In this document: one piece after another, positions 14,166-25,786 of the stretch | How the letters are laid out: each line of letters starts with the position of its first letter | Position numbering within the stretch: the first letter of the stretch is position 1 | From: Candidatus Eiseniibacteriota bacterium | Lineage (GTDB): Bacteria; Eisenbacteria; RBG-16-71-46 | DNA length: 64,000 nt | Direction: 5' to 3' | Assembly: GCA_963725865.1 (NCBI GenBank) | Contig: CAVSAC010000012.1 | Location: 1,216,001-1,280,000 of the forward strand | The notes under the pieces: model-generated | Databases searched by the model: none | What the model was told of the DNA's origin: nothing | The model's input: only the letters and a program-made list of their open reading frames with translations | Position numbers and translations under genes: made by a program

Positions 14166-15377
14166 TCATCGATCCGGCCCAGCCTCGCGACCCAGCACGC
14201 GCAGCACCTCGTTCACGTCCTTGTCGCCGCGGCCGGACAGGTTGACCAACACGCGCGCGTCGCGCCCCAGCGCGCGGCCCTCGCGCAGCACCCAGGCGAT
14301 CGCGTGCGCGCTCTCGAGCGCCGGCAGGATGCCCTCGAGGTGCGAGAGGCTCTCGAACGCGGCGATTGCCTCGTCGTCGGTGGCGCTGGCGTACTCGGCC
14401 CGCCCCTGGTCGGCGAGCCAGGCGTGCTCGGGGCCGAGCGCCGGGTAGTCGAGCCCGGCGGAGACCGAATGGGTCACGCGTACCATGCCGCGCCCGTCCT
14501 GCAGGATCAACGTGCGCGTGCCGTGGAGCACGCCGACGCTGTGCTCCGGGATCCGCGCCGCGTGCCTGCCGCTCGCGAGCCCGAGGCCACCCGCCTCGAC
14601 CCCGACCTTGCGCACCGACGGCTCGTCGAGGAACGCGTGGAACAGCCCGATCGCGTTGCTGCCCCCACCGACGCAGGCGACCAGGACGTCGGGCAGCCCG
14701 CCGGCGGCGGCGGCGAACTGGCGTCGCGCCTCCTCGCCGATCACCCGGTGGAAGTCGCGCACCATCGTCGGGAACGGATGCGGGCCGAGCACCGAGCCCA
14801 GCACGTAGTGGGTGTCGCGCACGTTCGTGACCCAGTCGCGCAGCGCCTCGTTGATCGCGTCCTTGAGCGTGCGGCTGCCGGCGTCCACTTCGCGCACGTC
14901 GGCACCCAGCAGCTTCATGCGCTCGACGTTGAGGTGCTGGCGGCGCGCGTCCTCGACGCCCATGTACACCGTGCACGACAGCCCGAAGCGCGCGGCGGCC
15001 GCCGCGGTCGCCACGCCGTGCTGCCCCGCGCCGGTCTCGGCGATCACGCGCGGCTTGCCCATGCGGCGCGTGAGGAGGCATTGGCCGATCGTGTTGTTGA
15101 TCTTGTGCGCGCCCGTGTGGAGCAGGTCCTCGCGCTTGAGGAACACCCGACAGCCCGCCTGCTCGCCGAGCCGCAGCACCTCGAGCAGCGGGGTCGGCCG
15201 GCCGGCGAAGTCGCGGAGGGTGGCGGCGAGCTCCGCGGTGAACGCGGGGTCCGCTTGCGCGCGCGCGTACTCGGCGCTCAGCTGGTCGAGCGCCAACACC
15301 AGCGTCTCGGGCACGAAGCGCCCGCCGTAGGGTCCGAAGTGTCCGGTCGCGTCAGGCCCGCTGGTCGAAGCCGGCAT
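14166..15377 (-). CDS. trpB: Tryptophan synthase beta subunit
   Basis: [52 protein letters not shown]. Confidence 0.97.
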   Translation of the reverse strand: MPASTSGPDATGHFGPYGGRFVPETLVLALDQLSAEYARAQADPAFTAELAATLRDFAGRPTPLLEVLRLGEQAGCRVFLKREDLLHTGAHKINNTIGQCLLTRRMGKPRVIAETGAGQHGVATAAAAARFGLSCTVYMGVEDARRQHLNVERMKLLGADVREVDAGSRTLKDAINEALRDWVTNVRDTHYVLGSVLGPHPFPTMVRDFHRVIGEEARRQFAAAAGGLPDVLVACVGGGSNAIGLFHAFLDEPSVRKVGVEAGGLGLASGRHAARIPEHSVGVLHGTRTLILQDGRGMVRVTHSVSAGLDYPALGPEHAWLADQGRAEYASATDDEAIAAFESLSHLEGILPALESAHAIAWVLREGRALGRDARVLVNLSGRGDKDVNEVLRVLGREAGPDR

Positions 15378-16017
15378 CGCACTCCCTCACCGCAGCGACG
15401 AAGCGCCGCATTCGATCGTGGTCCTTGACGCCCGGCGCGGATTCGAGCCGCGACGAGGCGTCCACTCCGAACGGCCGCACCTGCTCGAGCGCCGCGGCCA
15501 CGTTCTCTTCCGACAGCCCGCCCGCCAACATCACCGCGCGGCCGCGCGCCAGCGCCGCCGCCTCGTGCCATGGATAGGGCCGCCCCGTGCCGCCCGCCAG
15601 CGTCGGGTGCGAGGTGTCGAGCAGCACCAGCGACCCCGCCCCCGGCAGCGGTCCCGCGATGCGTCCGCTCGGCTCGACCGGCACCGCGAAGGCGACCGGC
15701 AGCGGGAAGTCCGCCGGCCACTCGCCCGGGTCCACGCGATGGAGCTGCACGCGGGCCGCGCCGATCCGCCCGGCCAGCGCCAGCGCCTCGTCGGGCCATG
15801 GCGTGACCATCACCGCCACCGCCGTGCGAGCTCCGCTCGCGGCCACGATCTCGGCGGCCAGCGCGACGTCGACGCGACGGGGACTGCTGCCCTTCACGAT
15901 GATGCCGAGCCAGTCCGCTCCCGCCGCGAGCGCGGCCTGCGCGTCCGCGAGCCGGGTGATCCCGCACACTTTCACGATCGTGTGATGCGCGGCGCGAGGC
16001 TCCGGTGCGGACGACAC
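15352..16017 (-). CDS. trpF: Phosphoribosylanthranilate isomerase
   Basis: [41 protein letters not shown]. Confidence 0.93.
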   Translation of the reverse strand: MSSAPEPRAAHHTIVKVCGITRLADAQAALAAGADWLGIIVKGSSPRRVDVALAAEIVAASGARTAVAVMVTPWPDEALALAGRIGAARVQLHRVDPGEWPADFPLPVAFAVPVEPSGRIAGPLPGAGSLVLLDTSHPTLAGGTGRPYPWHEAAALARGRAVMLAGGLSEENVAAALEQVRPFGVDASSRLESAPGVKDHDRMRRFVAAVRECDAGFDQRA

Positions 16018-16032
16018 GGGGCGGGCCGCGCG

Positions 16033-16842
16033 TCAGCCGCGGGCGGCGGCGATCAGGGTGGCCAGCAACGCGGCGGGATCGGGGCTCACCATGAGCGCCT
16101 CGCCGATCAGCACCGCGTCGCAGCGCGTCGCGCGCAGGCGCCCGAGGTCGGCGGGGCTCGAGATCCCGCTCTCGGCCACCGCGGTCACCATGCGAGGCAC
16201 CCGCGGCAGCAGGCGCAGCGAGGTCTCGAGCGAGACCTCGAACGTGCGCAGGTCGCGGTTGTTGATGCCGACCAGCGTGGCACCGGCGCGCACCGCCCAC
16301 GTGAGCTCGTCCTCGGTGTGCACCTCCACCAGGCAGTCGAGGCCCAGCAGTCGCGCCTCGGTGATCAGGCGCTGCATCTCGGTCTCGCTCAGCAGGGCAG
16401 CCAGCAGCAGCACCGCGTCGGCCCCGCGGGCGGCCGCGTCGAGCACCTGGTAGGGGTCGACCACGAAGTCCTTCATGAGCAGCGGCAGGCTCACCGCCGG
16501 GCGCACCGCGTCCATCCATTCCGGATCGCCCTGGAAGTGGTCGGGCTCGGTCACCAGCGAGACCGCGGCCGCACCGTGCGCCGCGTAGAGCGTGGCCTGC
16601 GCGACCGGGTCGACGTCGCTCCGGAGCATGCCCCGCGAGGGGGAGGCGCGCTTCACCTCGCACAGCAGCCGCAGCGGCTGGTCCGCGCCGCCGCGCCGCA
16701 GCGCGCGCTCCAGGCGGCCGGCCGGCTCGATGGTGGTGAGCCGCGCACGCAGCACGTGCGGCGGCGTCCGCAGCCGGGCCTCCGCCACGCGCCGTCGCCG
16801 GTCTTCGGCGATGCGCGCGAGGACGTCCCCGCCGGTGGCCAT
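16033..16842 (-). CDS. trpC: Indole-3-glycerol phosphate synthase
   Basis: EVKRASPSRG, KDFVVDPYQV, GINNRDL, AESGI. Confidence 0.95.
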   Translation of the reverse strand: MATGGDVLARIAEDRRRRVAEARLRTPPHVLRARLTTIEPAGRLERALRRGGADQPLRLLCEVKRASPSRGMLRSDVDPVAQATLYAAHGAAAVSLVTEPDHFQGDPEWMDAVRPAVSLPLLMKDFVVDPYQVLDAAARGADAVLLLAALLSETEMQRLITEARLLGLDCLVEVHTEDELTWAVRAGATLVGINNRDLRTFEVSLETSLRLLPRVPRMVTAVAESGISSPADLGRLRATRCDAVLIGEALMVSPDPAALLATLIAAARG

Positions 16843-16850
16843 GACTCCCC

Positions 16851-17858
16851 CTATCCGCGGAACGCGGCGAGCTCGCCGAGCTTGGCCGTCGCAGCTCCGC
16901 TGTCGATCGCCTCGGCCGCGCGCCGGACGCCGGCCGCCAGATCGTTCGCCACCCCGGCGACCACCAGCGCGGCACCCGAGTTGAGCAGCACGATGTCGCG
17001 GGCCGCGCCGCGCTCGCCCTTCAGCACGCGGCGGATGAGGGCGGCGTTGGCCGCCGCGTCGCCGCCGGTCACCTGGCTGCGGTCGGTGTGCGCGAGGCCC
17101 AGCGCCGCGGGATCGACCTCGAACTCGCGCAGCTCCCCGCCCACCAGCTCGGCCACGTGGTTCTTCTCGAACACCGAGAGCTCGTCGAGCCCGTCGTGGC
17201 CGTGCACCACCCACGCGTGCTCGCTGCCGAGGATGCGCAACACCTCCACCACCGGGTGCACGAGGTTGTCGGTGAACACGCCCAGGAGTTGCCGCTTCGC
17301 TCCCGCCGGATTGGTCAGCGGGCCCAGCACGTTGAACACCGTGCGCACGCCGATCTCGCGGCGCGCCGCGTTCGCGTGGCGCAGCGCGGTGTGGTAGTTG
17401 GGCGCAAACAGGAACGTGATGCCGAGCAGGTCCAGCGAGCGGCCGGCGTTCTCGGGCGTCAGGTCGATCGTCACTCCGAGTGACTCGAGGACGTCGGCGC
17501 TGCCGGTGCGGCTCGAGACCGCCCGGTTGCCGTGCTTGGCGACCGCCACGCCGCAGGAGGCGGTCACCAGCGCCACGGTGGTCGAGATGTTGAACGTGCC
17601 CGCGTTGTCGCCACCGGTGCCGCAGGTGTCGAGCAGCGGCGTGCGCCGCGTGCGGATCACCGGCAGCCGCGCGCGCATCGCCTGCGCGAGCCCCGCGATC
17701 TCCTCGGCGGTCTCGTGCTTCATGCGCAGCGCCACGGCCAGCGCCGCGATCTGCGCCGCCGTCGCCTCGCCCGCGAGGATCTGGTCCATGGTGGCCCGGC
17801 ACAGCTCGATCGGCAGGTCCTCCCGCTGGACGGCCTTGGCGATGGCGGACACGATCAC
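16851..17858 (-). CDS. trpD: Anthranilate phosphoribosyltransferase
   Basis: [26 protein letters not shown]. Confidence 0.96.
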   Translation of the reverse strand: MIVSAIAKAVQREDLPIELCRATMDQILAGEATAAQIAALAVALRMKHETAEEIAGLAQAMRARLPVIRTRRTPLLDTCGTGGDNAGTFNISTTVALVTASCGVAVAKHGNRAVSSRTGSADVLESLGVTIDLTPENAGRSLDLLGITFLFAPNYHTALRHANAARREIGVRTVFNVLGPLTNPAGAKRQLLGVFTDNLVHPVVEVLRILGSEHAWVVHGHDGLDELSVFEKNHVAELVGGELREFEVDPAALGLAHTDRSQVTGGDAAANAALIRRVLKGERGAARDIVLLNSGAALVVAGVANDLAAGVRRAAEAIDSGAATAKLGELAAFRG

Positions 17859-18445
17859 GCGCGTTCACTCCTCTGCTGGCGACACAGCGTCAGGAAGTTC
17901 TCGATCAGGCGCAGCCCCTGGCGGGTCAGCACCGACTCGGGATGGAACTGTACACCCCAGGTCTCGTGCTCCTTGTGCTTGAGGCCCATGACCTCCCCCT
18001 CGGGCGTCCACGCCACCACGTCCAGCACCTCGGGAAGCGACTCGCGCTCCACGATGAGCGAGTGGTAGCGGGTGGCCTCGAACGGGTTGTCGAGGCCCGC
18101 GAACAGCCCGCGGCCCCGGTGCAGGATCGGGCTGGTCTTGCCGTGCATCAGCCGCGCGGCCCGGACCACGCGCCCGCCGTACACCTCGCCGAGGCCCTGG
18201 TGGCCGAGGCACACGCCCAGCACCGGCACCTTTCCCGCGAAGCGGCGGATCGCGTCCTCGGAGATCCCGGCGTCCTTGGGCTCGCCGGGTCCGGGCGAGA
18301 TCACCAGGCCGTCGACCGGCAGCTTCAACAGCGCGTCCACCGCGATCGCGTCGTTCCGCCACACCTCGAGCTCGGCGCCGAGCGTGCCCAGGTACTGGAC
18401 GAGGTTGTAGGTGAAGGAGTCGTAGTTGTCGATGACCGCGATCAT
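17855..18445 (-). CDS. trpG: Anthranilate synthase component II (glutamine amidotransferase)
   Basis: [29 protein letters not shown]. Confidence 0.95.
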   Translation of the reverse strand: MIAVIDNYDSFTYNLVQYLGTLGAELEVWRNDAIAVDALLKLPVDGLVISPGPGEPKDAGISEDAIRRFAGKVPVLGVCLGHQGLGEVYGGRVVRAARLMHGKTSPILHRGRGLFAGLDNPFEATRYHSLIVERESLPEVLDVVAWTPEGEVMGLKHKEHETWGVQFHPESVLTRQGLRLIENFLTLCRQQRSERA

Positions 18446-19908
18446 GGCTGTCCCCGCTCGGCGCGCTGCACCGCGATCCAGAGCGCTCGACCCTTGTTGA
18501 GCGTCTCCTCCCATTCCTGCTCGGGGTCGGAGTCGGCCACGATGCCGGCGCCCACGCCCCAGTGCGCGCGGCCGTTCGCGTACACGACGGTGCGGATGGC
18601 GATCGCGAGGTCGAGGTTGCCGTGGTAGTCGAAGTGCCCGACCGCGCCCGCGTACACCCCGCGGCGCATCGGCTCGAGGTCCTCGATGATCTCCATGGCG
18701 CGCACCTTGGGCGCGCCCGACACCGTGCCCGCGGGGAAGCACGCGCGGACCACGTCGAGCGGCGTCAGCCCGGCGCGCGCGCGCCCGCGCACGTTGGACA
18801 CCAGGTGCATCACCTGGGAGTAGCGTTCGACCAGCATGTACTCGTTGGTCTCGACCGAGCCGAACTCGCAGACGCGGCCGATGTCGTTGCGACCCAGATC
18901 CACCAGCATCACGTGCTCGGCGCGCTCCTTCTCGGACGCTCGCAGCTCCTCCTCGAGCCGGCGGTCCTCCTCGGGAGTGCGGCCGCGCGCACGCGTGCCG
19001 GCGAGCGGCCGCACCTCGACCAGGCCCTCGGTGCGACGCACCAGCACCTCGGGGCTCGAGCCCACCAGCGCGAAGTCGCCCATGCGGAGGAAGTACATGT
19101 AAGGGGACGGATTGGTGACGCGCAGCGCGCGATAGCCCTCGAACGCCGGCTGGCTCACCGGCGCGCTCATGCGATGCGACAGCACGACCTGGAAGATGTC
19201 GCCGGCGCGGATGTGCTCCTTGGCGCGCTCCACCGCCGCCATGAAGCCCACGCGCGTCGAGGTCGACACCGGCTCTCCCGGGGACGGTCCCGCGACGGGC
19301 TCGCTCCAGTCGAGCGGGCGGCGCAGGCGCGTGACCTCGCCCTCGATGCGCCCGACCGCGGCGTGCCACGCGGCGTCGGGATCGCCGCCGCCGCGCGCGT
19401 GGGTGACGACCTTGAGCGTGTGCGTGAGGTTGTCGAACACGCTCACCACGTCGCCGAACAGGAACACGGCGTCGGGCAGCCCCACGTCCTCCTTGTCGCC
19501 CGCCGGGATGCGCTCGTACCAGCGCACGGTGTCGTAGCCGAGGTAGCCGACCGCGCCGCCGCAGAACTTCGGCAGCCCGGGCAGCGCGACCGCCTGGTGC
19601 TGCTGGAGCAGCTCGCCGAGCTCCACCAGCGGATGGCGCGCGAGCGGCGTCGTGGCCCCGTCGCGGATCACCTCGCAGCGATCGCCGCGCGCGACGAACA
19701 CCAGCGACGGGCGGCTGCCGAGGATCGAGTAGCGGCCCCACTTCTCGCCGCCCTCCACGCTCTCGAGCAGGAATCCGTACGGGCCGTCGTCGATCTTGCG
19801 GAACGCCGAGACCGGCGTGTCGTGGTCCGCGAACACCTCGCGGTAGACGGGGACCAGCCGGCCCCCCTTCGCGAGCGCGCGGAACTCGGAGAGCGACGGG
19901 ACGATCAT
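18442..19908 (-). CDS. trpE: Anthranilate synthase component I
   Basis: [40 protein letters not shown]. Confidence 0.95.
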   Translation of the reverse strand: MIVPSLSEFRALAKGGRLVPVYREVFADHDTPVSAFRKIDDGPYGFLLESVEGGEKWGRYSILGSRPSLVFVARGDRCEVIRDGATTPLARHPLVELGELLQQHQAVALPGLPKFCGGAVGYLGYDTVRWYERIPAGDKEDVGLPDAVFLFGDVVSVFDNLTHTLKVVTHARGGGDPDAAWHAAVGRIEGEVTRLRRPLDWSEPVAGPSPGEPVSTSTRVGFMAAVERAKEHIRAGDIFQVVLSHRMSAPVSQPAFEGYRALRVTNPSPYMYFLRMGDFALVGSSPEVLVRRTEGLVEVRPLAGTRARGRTPEEDRRLEEELRASEKERAEHVMLVDLGRNDIGRVCEFGSVETNEYMLVERYSQVMHLVSNVRGRARAGLTPLDVVRACFPAGTVSGAPKVRAMEIIEDLEPMRRGVYAGAVGHFDYHGNLDLAIAIRTVVYANGRAHWGVGAGIVADSDPEQEWEETLNKGRALWIAVQRAERGQP

Positions 19909-21605
19909 CGGGCGTGCGACCGGGTCGGGGTGGCGCCGAGCAGCTCGAGCGCCTGGCGGCGGGTCGTCGCGCTCGCCCGGTCGCCGGCCAGCATGCGCGA
20001 GAGCTCGTCCACGCGCGACTCGCCCGCGACGGGCTCGATGCGGGCGACGGTGCGCCCGGCGGCGACGTGCTTGGAGACGCGCAGGTGGTGACTGGCGAGA
20101 GCGGCGATCATGGGCAAGTGGGTGACGCAGATGACCTGACGGCGCTCGGCGAGCGAACGGAGGCGCTCTCCGACCGCCTGGGCGACCGCCCCGCCGATGC
20201 CGGAATCTACTTCATCGAAAAGCAGAAGGTCAACGCAGTCTTGGGCTTCCAGCGCCGACTTGAGAGCGAGCATGACGCGCGAGAGCTCGCCTCCCGAGGC
20301 GATCCGCGCCAGCGCCCGGGCCGCCTCGCCAGGATTCGCGGTGAAGCGCATCTCGATCGTGTCGAGCCCCGCGGGTCCGAAGTGCGCGGGCTCCGCGGGC
20401 GCCGACTCCACCGCGAACTCGAGCAGCGCGTGACCGAAGCCGAGCGGCTTCAGCTCGTGCGTGATGCGGCTGCCCCAGGTGTGCGCCGCCTCGCGCCGGC
20501 GCGCGCTCAGCGCGCGGCCCGCCGCCGCGCAGGCGGCGCGCGCGGCGGCGGCCGTGGCGCGCGCCCGCGCGCGGGCGCCCTCGGCGTCCTCGCCGGTCGC
20601 CAGCTCGCACGCGATCTCCTCGCGCCACCGCAGCAGCGCCGGCACGTCGCGGCGGTACTTGCGCACGAGCCGCGCGATCAGGTCGCGGCGCGCCTCCAGC
20701 CCCTCGAGTGCGCGCGGGTCGGCCTCGAGCGAGGCGGCGTAGTCGGCCAGCGTGCGCGCCGCCTCGGTGGCGGCGATCCGCGCCTCCGCGATCGCCGGCA
20801 ACGTGTCGGCGAGGCTCGGATCGATCGCGGCGGCCTGTTCCAGCGCGTGCGCGGCCACCGCCAGCGCGTCGACCGCCGGCGCGTCGCCATCGCTCAGACG
20901 CGCCAGCGCGCCGCTCACCAGCTCGCGCAGGCGATCGGCGTGCTGCAGGCGCGCCGCTTCGCGCGCCAGCTCCTCCTCCTCGCCCTCCACCAGCCGCGCG
21001 TCGTCCAGCTCGCGCCCGGCGCCCAGCAGGTAGTCGCGGCGCTCGGCGTAGGTGGCGAGCGACTGCTCGAGCAGCGCCAACTCTCGCTCGGCCGCTCGAT
21101 GCTGCGCGAGCGCCGCGTCCCACGCGCCGCGCTCGACGTCGAGGCGCGCGAGGCGGTCGAGCGTCTCGATGCCGGCGCCGGGACGCAGCAGGCTCTGGTG
21201 CTCGTGCTGGCCGTGCAGGTCGATGAGCAGCTCGCCGAGTTGCTTGAGCGCCGTGAGCGTGACCGGCGACTGATTCACGCTCGCGCGGCTCTTGCCGCCG
21301 GCCTGCACCTCGCGTCGCACCACGAGCGCCTCCTCCTCGGCCTCCATCCCCCAGCTGACGAGCAGCGCGCGCACCCGCGCGGCGGTCTCGCCGGCGGGAC
21401 TGAATTCACCCTCGATCACCGCCGCTCGGGCCCCATCGCGCACCGCATCGGCGTCGGCACGGCCGCCCACCAGCAGGCTCGCCGACTGCACCAGCAGCGA
21501 CTTGCCCGCGCCGGTCTCGCCCGTGACCACGTTGAGCCCGGGGCCGAACTCGACCTCGGCGCGCTCCACCAGGGCGAGGTCGCGAATGGTCAGGCGTTCG
21601 AGCAT
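19905..21605 (-). CDS. recN: DNA repair protein RecN
   Basis: [37 protein letters not shown]. Confidence 0.97.
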   Translation of the reverse strand: MLERLTIRDLALVERAEVEFGPGLNVVTGETGAGKSLLVQSASLLVGGRADADAVRDGARAAVIEGEFSPAGETAARVRALLVSWGMEAEEEALVVRREVQAGGKSRASVNQSPVTLTALKQLGELLIDLHGQHEHQSLLRPGAGIETLDRLARLDVERGAWDAALAQHRAAERELALLEQSLATYAERRDYLLGAGRELDDARLVEGEEEELAREAARLQHADRLRELVSGALARLSDGDAPAVDALAVAAHALEQAAAIDPSLADTLPAIAEARIAATEAARTLADYAASLEADPRALEGLEARRDLIARLVRKYRRDVPALLRWREEIACELATGEDAEGARARARATAAAARAACAAAGRALSARRREAAHTWGSRITHELKPLGFGHALLEFAVESAPAEPAHFGPAGLDTIEMRFTANPGEAARALARIASGGELSRVMLALKSALEAQDCVDLLLFDEVDSGIGGAVAQAVGERLRSLAERRQVICVTHLPMIAALASHHLRVSKHVAAGRTVARIEPVAGESRVDELSRMLAGDRASATTRRQALELLGATPTRSHAR

Positions 21606-21660
21606 GGGCGGCAGTGTACCCGATGGCCGATGGCCGCGGAGAGCCGGCGGCCACGCGCGT

Positions 21661-22488
21661 TCACGGCAGCCGCCGCCAGTGCGTGGGCGGCAGCACCACC
21701 GCGAGCGCGCGGCCCTGCAGCGTGTGGGGGCCGGCGAGGCACAGCGTGGGTGCGGCGCCCGCCGCGTCCCCGCCCAGCTCGAGCAGGCACGCGCCCTCCG
21801 CGAGCGCCAGCGGGCGAAGCACCACGAGGTGCTCGACCTCGGGTACTCCCGCGATCCCGGCGGTCAGCACCCGGGCGTCAGGTGCGATGGCCAGCGTGTC
21901 CGGTCCGAGCGCGAGGATGCGGCCGATGCGTCGGACCCCGGCGTGGCCGGTGACCTCAATGACGACCAGGCGCCCGAGCCGTGGGGTGGCCGGCCGCCGC
22001 TCTACGAGCACGCGATCGCCTTCCATCAGCGGTGCCGGCACGGCGCCCGCGCAGGCTTCGATGCGGTAGGGAGTGAGCGCCATCGCGAGCCGCGCGACCG
22101 ACTCGGCCTTCGCGACCAGCACCACCAGCGCGATCAGCAGCCCCGCGACGAGCGACCACGAGACCAGCGGCTGCGGCTCGATCGGGCGTGCATCGAGCGG
22201 CGGACGCTCGGGCGGCGCGGGGATCGCGGCGGCCGTGGATGCCTCCGCGCCGGTCGCCTCCTCGTCGGGCCCGCGCAGCAGCGCCGAGGCCATCATCACG
22301 ATCCCGCCGAGCACCAGCGCGACGCGCAGCGCGACAGGCGCGTCGGTGGCCCCGGCCGCGGACCCCAGCAACGCGATCCCGACGACGAGCCGCTGGACGC
22401 GCTTCGAGGCGCGGGGCCGGTCCTGGTTCATCGGGACCTCCTCGGGCGGTTGAAGGGGGACGACGGGGCTAGAAACTGCGCCGGGCAC
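21661..22488 (-). CDS. Membrane-anchored signal peptidase I (S26)-like protein lacking catalytic residues
   Basis: About 3 TM helices, then PYRI...GDRVLVE...PRLGRLVVI...IGRILALGPDT...GRALAVVLPP, matching the S26 box layout; start uncertain. Confidence 0.6.
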   Translation of the reverse strand: MPGAVSSPVVPLQPPEEVPMNQDRPRASKRVQRLVVGIALLGSAAGATDAPVALRVALVLGGIVMMASALLRGPDEEATGAEASTAAAIPAPPERPPLDARPIEPQPLVSWSLVAGLLIALVVLVAKAESVARLAMALTPYRIEACAGAVPAPLMEGDRVLVERRPATPRLGRLVVIEVTGHAGVRRIGRILALGPDTLAIAPDARVLTAGIAGVPEVEHLVVLRPLALAEGACLLELGGDAAGAAPTLCLAGPHTLQGRALAVVLPPTHWRRLP

Positions 22489-23338
22489 TTCCCTGCCAGC
22501 CGAGCTTGGCCTGGAGCGCGAGCGCGAACGGCCGCGCGGGATTCTGCACGCGGCGCACGGCGGCCTTGCCGAGCGCCAGCGTGACGAGGTCGCCGGGCTC
22601 GAGCTCGAACGCCTCCTGCCCGTCGTACAGCAGGGTCACGCGGTCGTAGGCGCCCAGCACGCGCACCTCCATCGGGTGGCCGGGGCTCAGCAGCAGCGAG
22701 CGGCTGCCGAGCGAGTGAGCGCACACCGGCGTCACCACCATCGCCTCGAGGCCGGGCTCCAGCAGCGGGCCGCCGGCCGACAGCGAGTAGGCGGTCGAGC
22801 CCGAGGCGGTCGCCGCGATGAGCCCGTCGGCGACCAGGTGGCCGAGGTCCTGACCGAGCGCGAACGTGCGCAGGTGGACCGCCTGGTAGCCGCTGCGGCT
22901 CTTGATCACCGCGTCGTTGATCGCGACCCCGCGCCGCACCACCTTGCCGCGTCGCCGCACCACCGCCGTCACCAGCCGCCGCGGGATCACCGGCCACTTC
23001 CCCGCCAGCGCGGCGGCGATCGCCTTGTTCGTCTCCTGCGACTCGGCCACGGTCAGGAAGCCGAGCCCGCCGTGGTTGAGCGCGAGCAGCGCGCCGGAAT
23101 GGCCGGCCAGCGCGCGGCCGCCGGCGAGCGCGGTGCCGTCGCCGCCGAGCGTGATCATCAGCTGGCACCAGGCGCCCAGCGAGCGCGGCGTGTAGCCGTC
23201 GCGCTTCATCGCCTCGGCGAGGTCGCGCGACAGGCGCACCTGGAACCGCCGCCGCGCGAGCGCAGTCGCCAGCCGGGCCGCGACGCGTCGCACCCCCGGC
23301 CGGCGGGAATGCCCCAGGATCGCGACGCGGCGGATCAC
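22469..23338 (-). CDS. nadK: NAD kinase
   Basis: LGGDGT, GLGFL, AIND, DGLIAATASGSTAYSLSAGGP; GTG start at 23338. Confidence 0.93.
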   Translation of the reverse strand: MIRRVAILGHSRRPGVRRVAARLATALARRRFQVRLSRDLAEAMKRDGYTPRSLGAWCQLMITLGGDGTALAGGRALAGHSGALLALNHGGLGFLTVAESQETNKAIAAALAGKWPVIPRRLVTAVVRRRGKVVRRGVAINDAVIKSRSGYQAVHLRTFALGQDLGHLVADGLIAATASGSTAYSLSAGGPLLEPGLEAMVVTPVCAHSLGSRSLLLSPGHPMEVRVLGAYDRVTLLYDGQEAFELEPGDLVTLALGKAAVRRVQNPARPFALALQAKLGWQGSARRSF

Positions 23339-23345
23339 GCGCGGC

Positions 23346-25235
23346 TCACGTGTGGAGGGCCTGGGTCTGGTGCACCCACGCGAGCGTGCGGCGCGCGATG
23401 CCGTCGGCATCGAGGCCGATGCTCGCGAGCAACTCGTCGCGCTTGCCGTGCAGCACGAACCGATCGGGCACGCCGAGGCGCAACTGCGCGGTGCCGGAGA
23501 GCATCAGGCGGTCGAGGCACTCGCTCACCGCGCTGCCGAAGCCGCCGGCGATGACGCCCTCCTCCACCGTGACCAGGCGCCCGACCGAGCGCGCGAGCCC
23601 GGCGACGAGGCCCTCGTCGAGCGGAGCGGCGAAGCGCATGTCGACCACGGTCGCCGAGACGCCCTGCGTGGCCAGAGTCTCGGCCGCCGCGAGCGCCGGC
23701 GCGACCATGGTGCCGAGCGCCAGGATCGCGACGTCGCCGCCGGCGCGCAGTTGCTCGCCCTTGCCGATCTCGAGCCGGCGCGGTTCGCGCGCGGGCAGCT
23801 CGTCGGGCACGTTCGCGCGCGGGTAGCGCACCGCGATCGGGGCGTGTCCGTCCCAGAGCGCGGCGGTCCACAGCATGTCCCGCAGCTCCTCGCCGTTGCG
23901 CGGCTGCATCACCACGGCGCCCGGGATCATGCGCAGGTAGGCGATGTCGAACACGCCGTGCTGCGGCGCGCCGTCGTCACCGACCAGCCCCGCGCGGTCG
24001 AGGCACAGCACCACCTTGAGGTCCTGCACCGCGACGTCGTGGATGATCTGGTCGATCGCACGCTGGAGGAACGTGGAGTAGATCGCCGTCAGCGGCGTGA
24101 GCCCGCCGGCCGACAATCCGGCCGAGAACGTCACCGCGTGCTCCTCCGCCATGCCGACGTCGAAGAACCGTTCGGGGAATCGCTTCGAGAACTCTTTGAG
24201 TCCGGTGTTGTCGGTCATCGCGGCGGTCACCGCGACCGTCTGCGGCAGGCGCTCGCCGATCAGCACCGCGGTCTCGCCGAACACCTGCGAGTAGGTCTTC
24301 TTCGTGCCCTTCGAGGCGGTGCCGGTGTCGGGGTCGAACACGCCCACGCCGTGGAACCGGGTGGAGTCGGACTCCGCGGGACCGTAGCCCTTGCCCTTGC
24401 GCGTGAGCACGTGGAGGAACACCGGCTCGTCGAAGCGCTTGAGGTCCGACAGCGTCTCCTCGAGCACGTCGAGATCGTGGCCGTCGATGGGGCCGAAGTA
24501 CTTGAAGCCCAGCTCCTCGAACAGCAGCCCCGGCACCACCAGGTTCTGGAGCCCCTCCTTCACCCGGCTCGCGCCCTGCTGCACCATCCAGCCCTTGGGC
24601 AACCGGCCGAGCAGCTCCCACACGTCGTGCTCGAAGCGGCGGTAGATGCGGCTGGTCGTGAGCTTGGTGAGGTAGCGGTGCAGCGCTCCGATGTTCGGCG
24701 AGATGCTCATCTCGTTGTCGTTGAGGATGACGATGAAGCGCTTGCGCAGCTCGCCGGCGTTGTTGAGGCCCTCGAACGCCATGCCGCCGGTGAGCGCGCC
24801 GTCGCCGATCACCGCCACCACGTGGTGCTTCTCGCCGCGCAGGTCGCGGGCGGCCGCGAATCCGAGTGCCGCGGAGATCGAGGTCGATCCGTGGCTGGTG
24901 CCGAACGGGTCGTGCTCGCTCTCGGCGCGCCGCGGGTAGCCGGCGATGCCGCCGAGCTGCCGCAGCGTGTGGAAGCCCTCGTAGCGGCCGGTCACCAGCT
25001 TGTGCGGGTAGGACTGGTGGCCCACGTCCCAGATGATCTTGTCGCGGGGCGAGTCGAACACCCGGTGGAGCGCGAGCGTCAGCTCGACCACGCCCAGGTT
25101 GGGCGCCAGGTGGCCGGCGTTGCGGGCGACCGTCTGGATCACGACGTGACGGATCTCGGCGGCCAGCGCCTCGAGCTGAGGGCGGGTCAGACCGCGCAGG
25201 TCGGCGGGCGAATGGATCTGTTCGAGCAGGCTCAT
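23346..25235 (-). CDS. dxs: 1-deoxy-D-xylulose-5-phosphate synthase
   Basis: GHLAPNLGVVEL, DVGHQSYPHK, GDGALTGG, DRAGLVGDDG; ATG overlaps the DUF212 stop. Confidence 0.97.
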   Translation of the reverse strand: MSLLEQIHSPADLRGLTRPQLEALAAEIRHVVIQTVARNAGHLAPNLGVVELTLALHRVFDSPRDKIIWDVGHQSYPHKLVTGRYEGFHTLRQLGGIAGYPRRAESEHDPFGTSHGSTSISAALGFAAARDLRGEKHHVVAVIGDGALTGGMAFEGLNNAGELRKRFIVILNDNEMSISPNIGALHRYLTKLTTSRIYRRFEHDVWELLGRLPKGWMVQQGASRVKEGLQNLVVPGLLFEELGFKYFGPIDGHDLDVLEETLSDLKRFDEPVFLHVLTRKGKGYGPAESDSTRFHGVGVFDPDTGTASKGTKKTYSQVFGETAVLIGERLPQTVAVTAAMTDNTGLKEFSKRFPERFFDVGMAEEHAVTFSAGLSAGGLTPLTAIYSTFLQRAIDQIIHDVAVQDLKVVLCLDRAGLVGDDGAPQHGVFDIAYLRMIPGAVVMQPRNGEELRDMLWTAALWDGHAPIAVRYPRANVPDELPAREPRRLEIGKGEQLRAGGDVAILALGTMVAPALAAAETLATQGVSATVVDMRFAAPLDEGLVAGLARSVGRLVTVEEGVIAGGFGSAVSECLDRLMLSGTAQLRLGVPDRFVLHGKRDELLASIGLDADGIARRTLAWVHQTQALHT

Positions 25236-25676
25236 CAGGACATCCAGAACCAGAGGAGTGCGCTCAGGAGGCCCAGCAGGGCCCCCACCAGCACCTCCAG
25301 CGGCGTATGGCCGAGCAACTCCATCAGGCGGCCGGTCTCCGCCTCGGCGTGCTCGAAATGCTCGTCGATGAGCCGGTTGAGGATCGCGGCCTGGCGGCCG
25401 GCGGCGCGCCGCAGGCCGGCGGCATCGTACATGACGATGAGGCTGAAATACAGACTCACCCCGAACAGCGTCGAGGTGAACCCCTCCTTGATGCCGACCG
25501 CGGTGGTGAGCGCGCAGACCGCCGCCGAGTGGGCGCTCGGCATCCCGCCGGTCTCCACGAAGCGGCGGATGTTCCAGCGCCGCCGGCTCGCGAAGTACGC
25601 GAATCCCTTGAAACCCTGGACCAGCAATCCGACGATCAGCGCCAGCCAGAATGGTTCCGTGGTCCCTCCCCCCCAA
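25235..25676 (-). CDS. Divergent PAP2 / DUF212 family protein with an apparent +1 frameshift near the start
   Basis: TGGMPSAHSA, IVMYDAAGLRRAAGRQA, ELLGHTPLEV. The in-frame ORF begins at TTG 25627; the SD-linked TTG at 25676 is out of frame across a G7 run. Confidence 0.85.
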
Positions 25677-25786
25677 CGGGCGCCCTCCGTGGGCGCTCGA
25701 ACGCACGAAGATAAGGAGCGCGAGGGCCGCGGGCAACTGGCGATTGTCGCCCGCCCGCGCCCCCGCGCCCGGCCGCTCGCTCGCGC

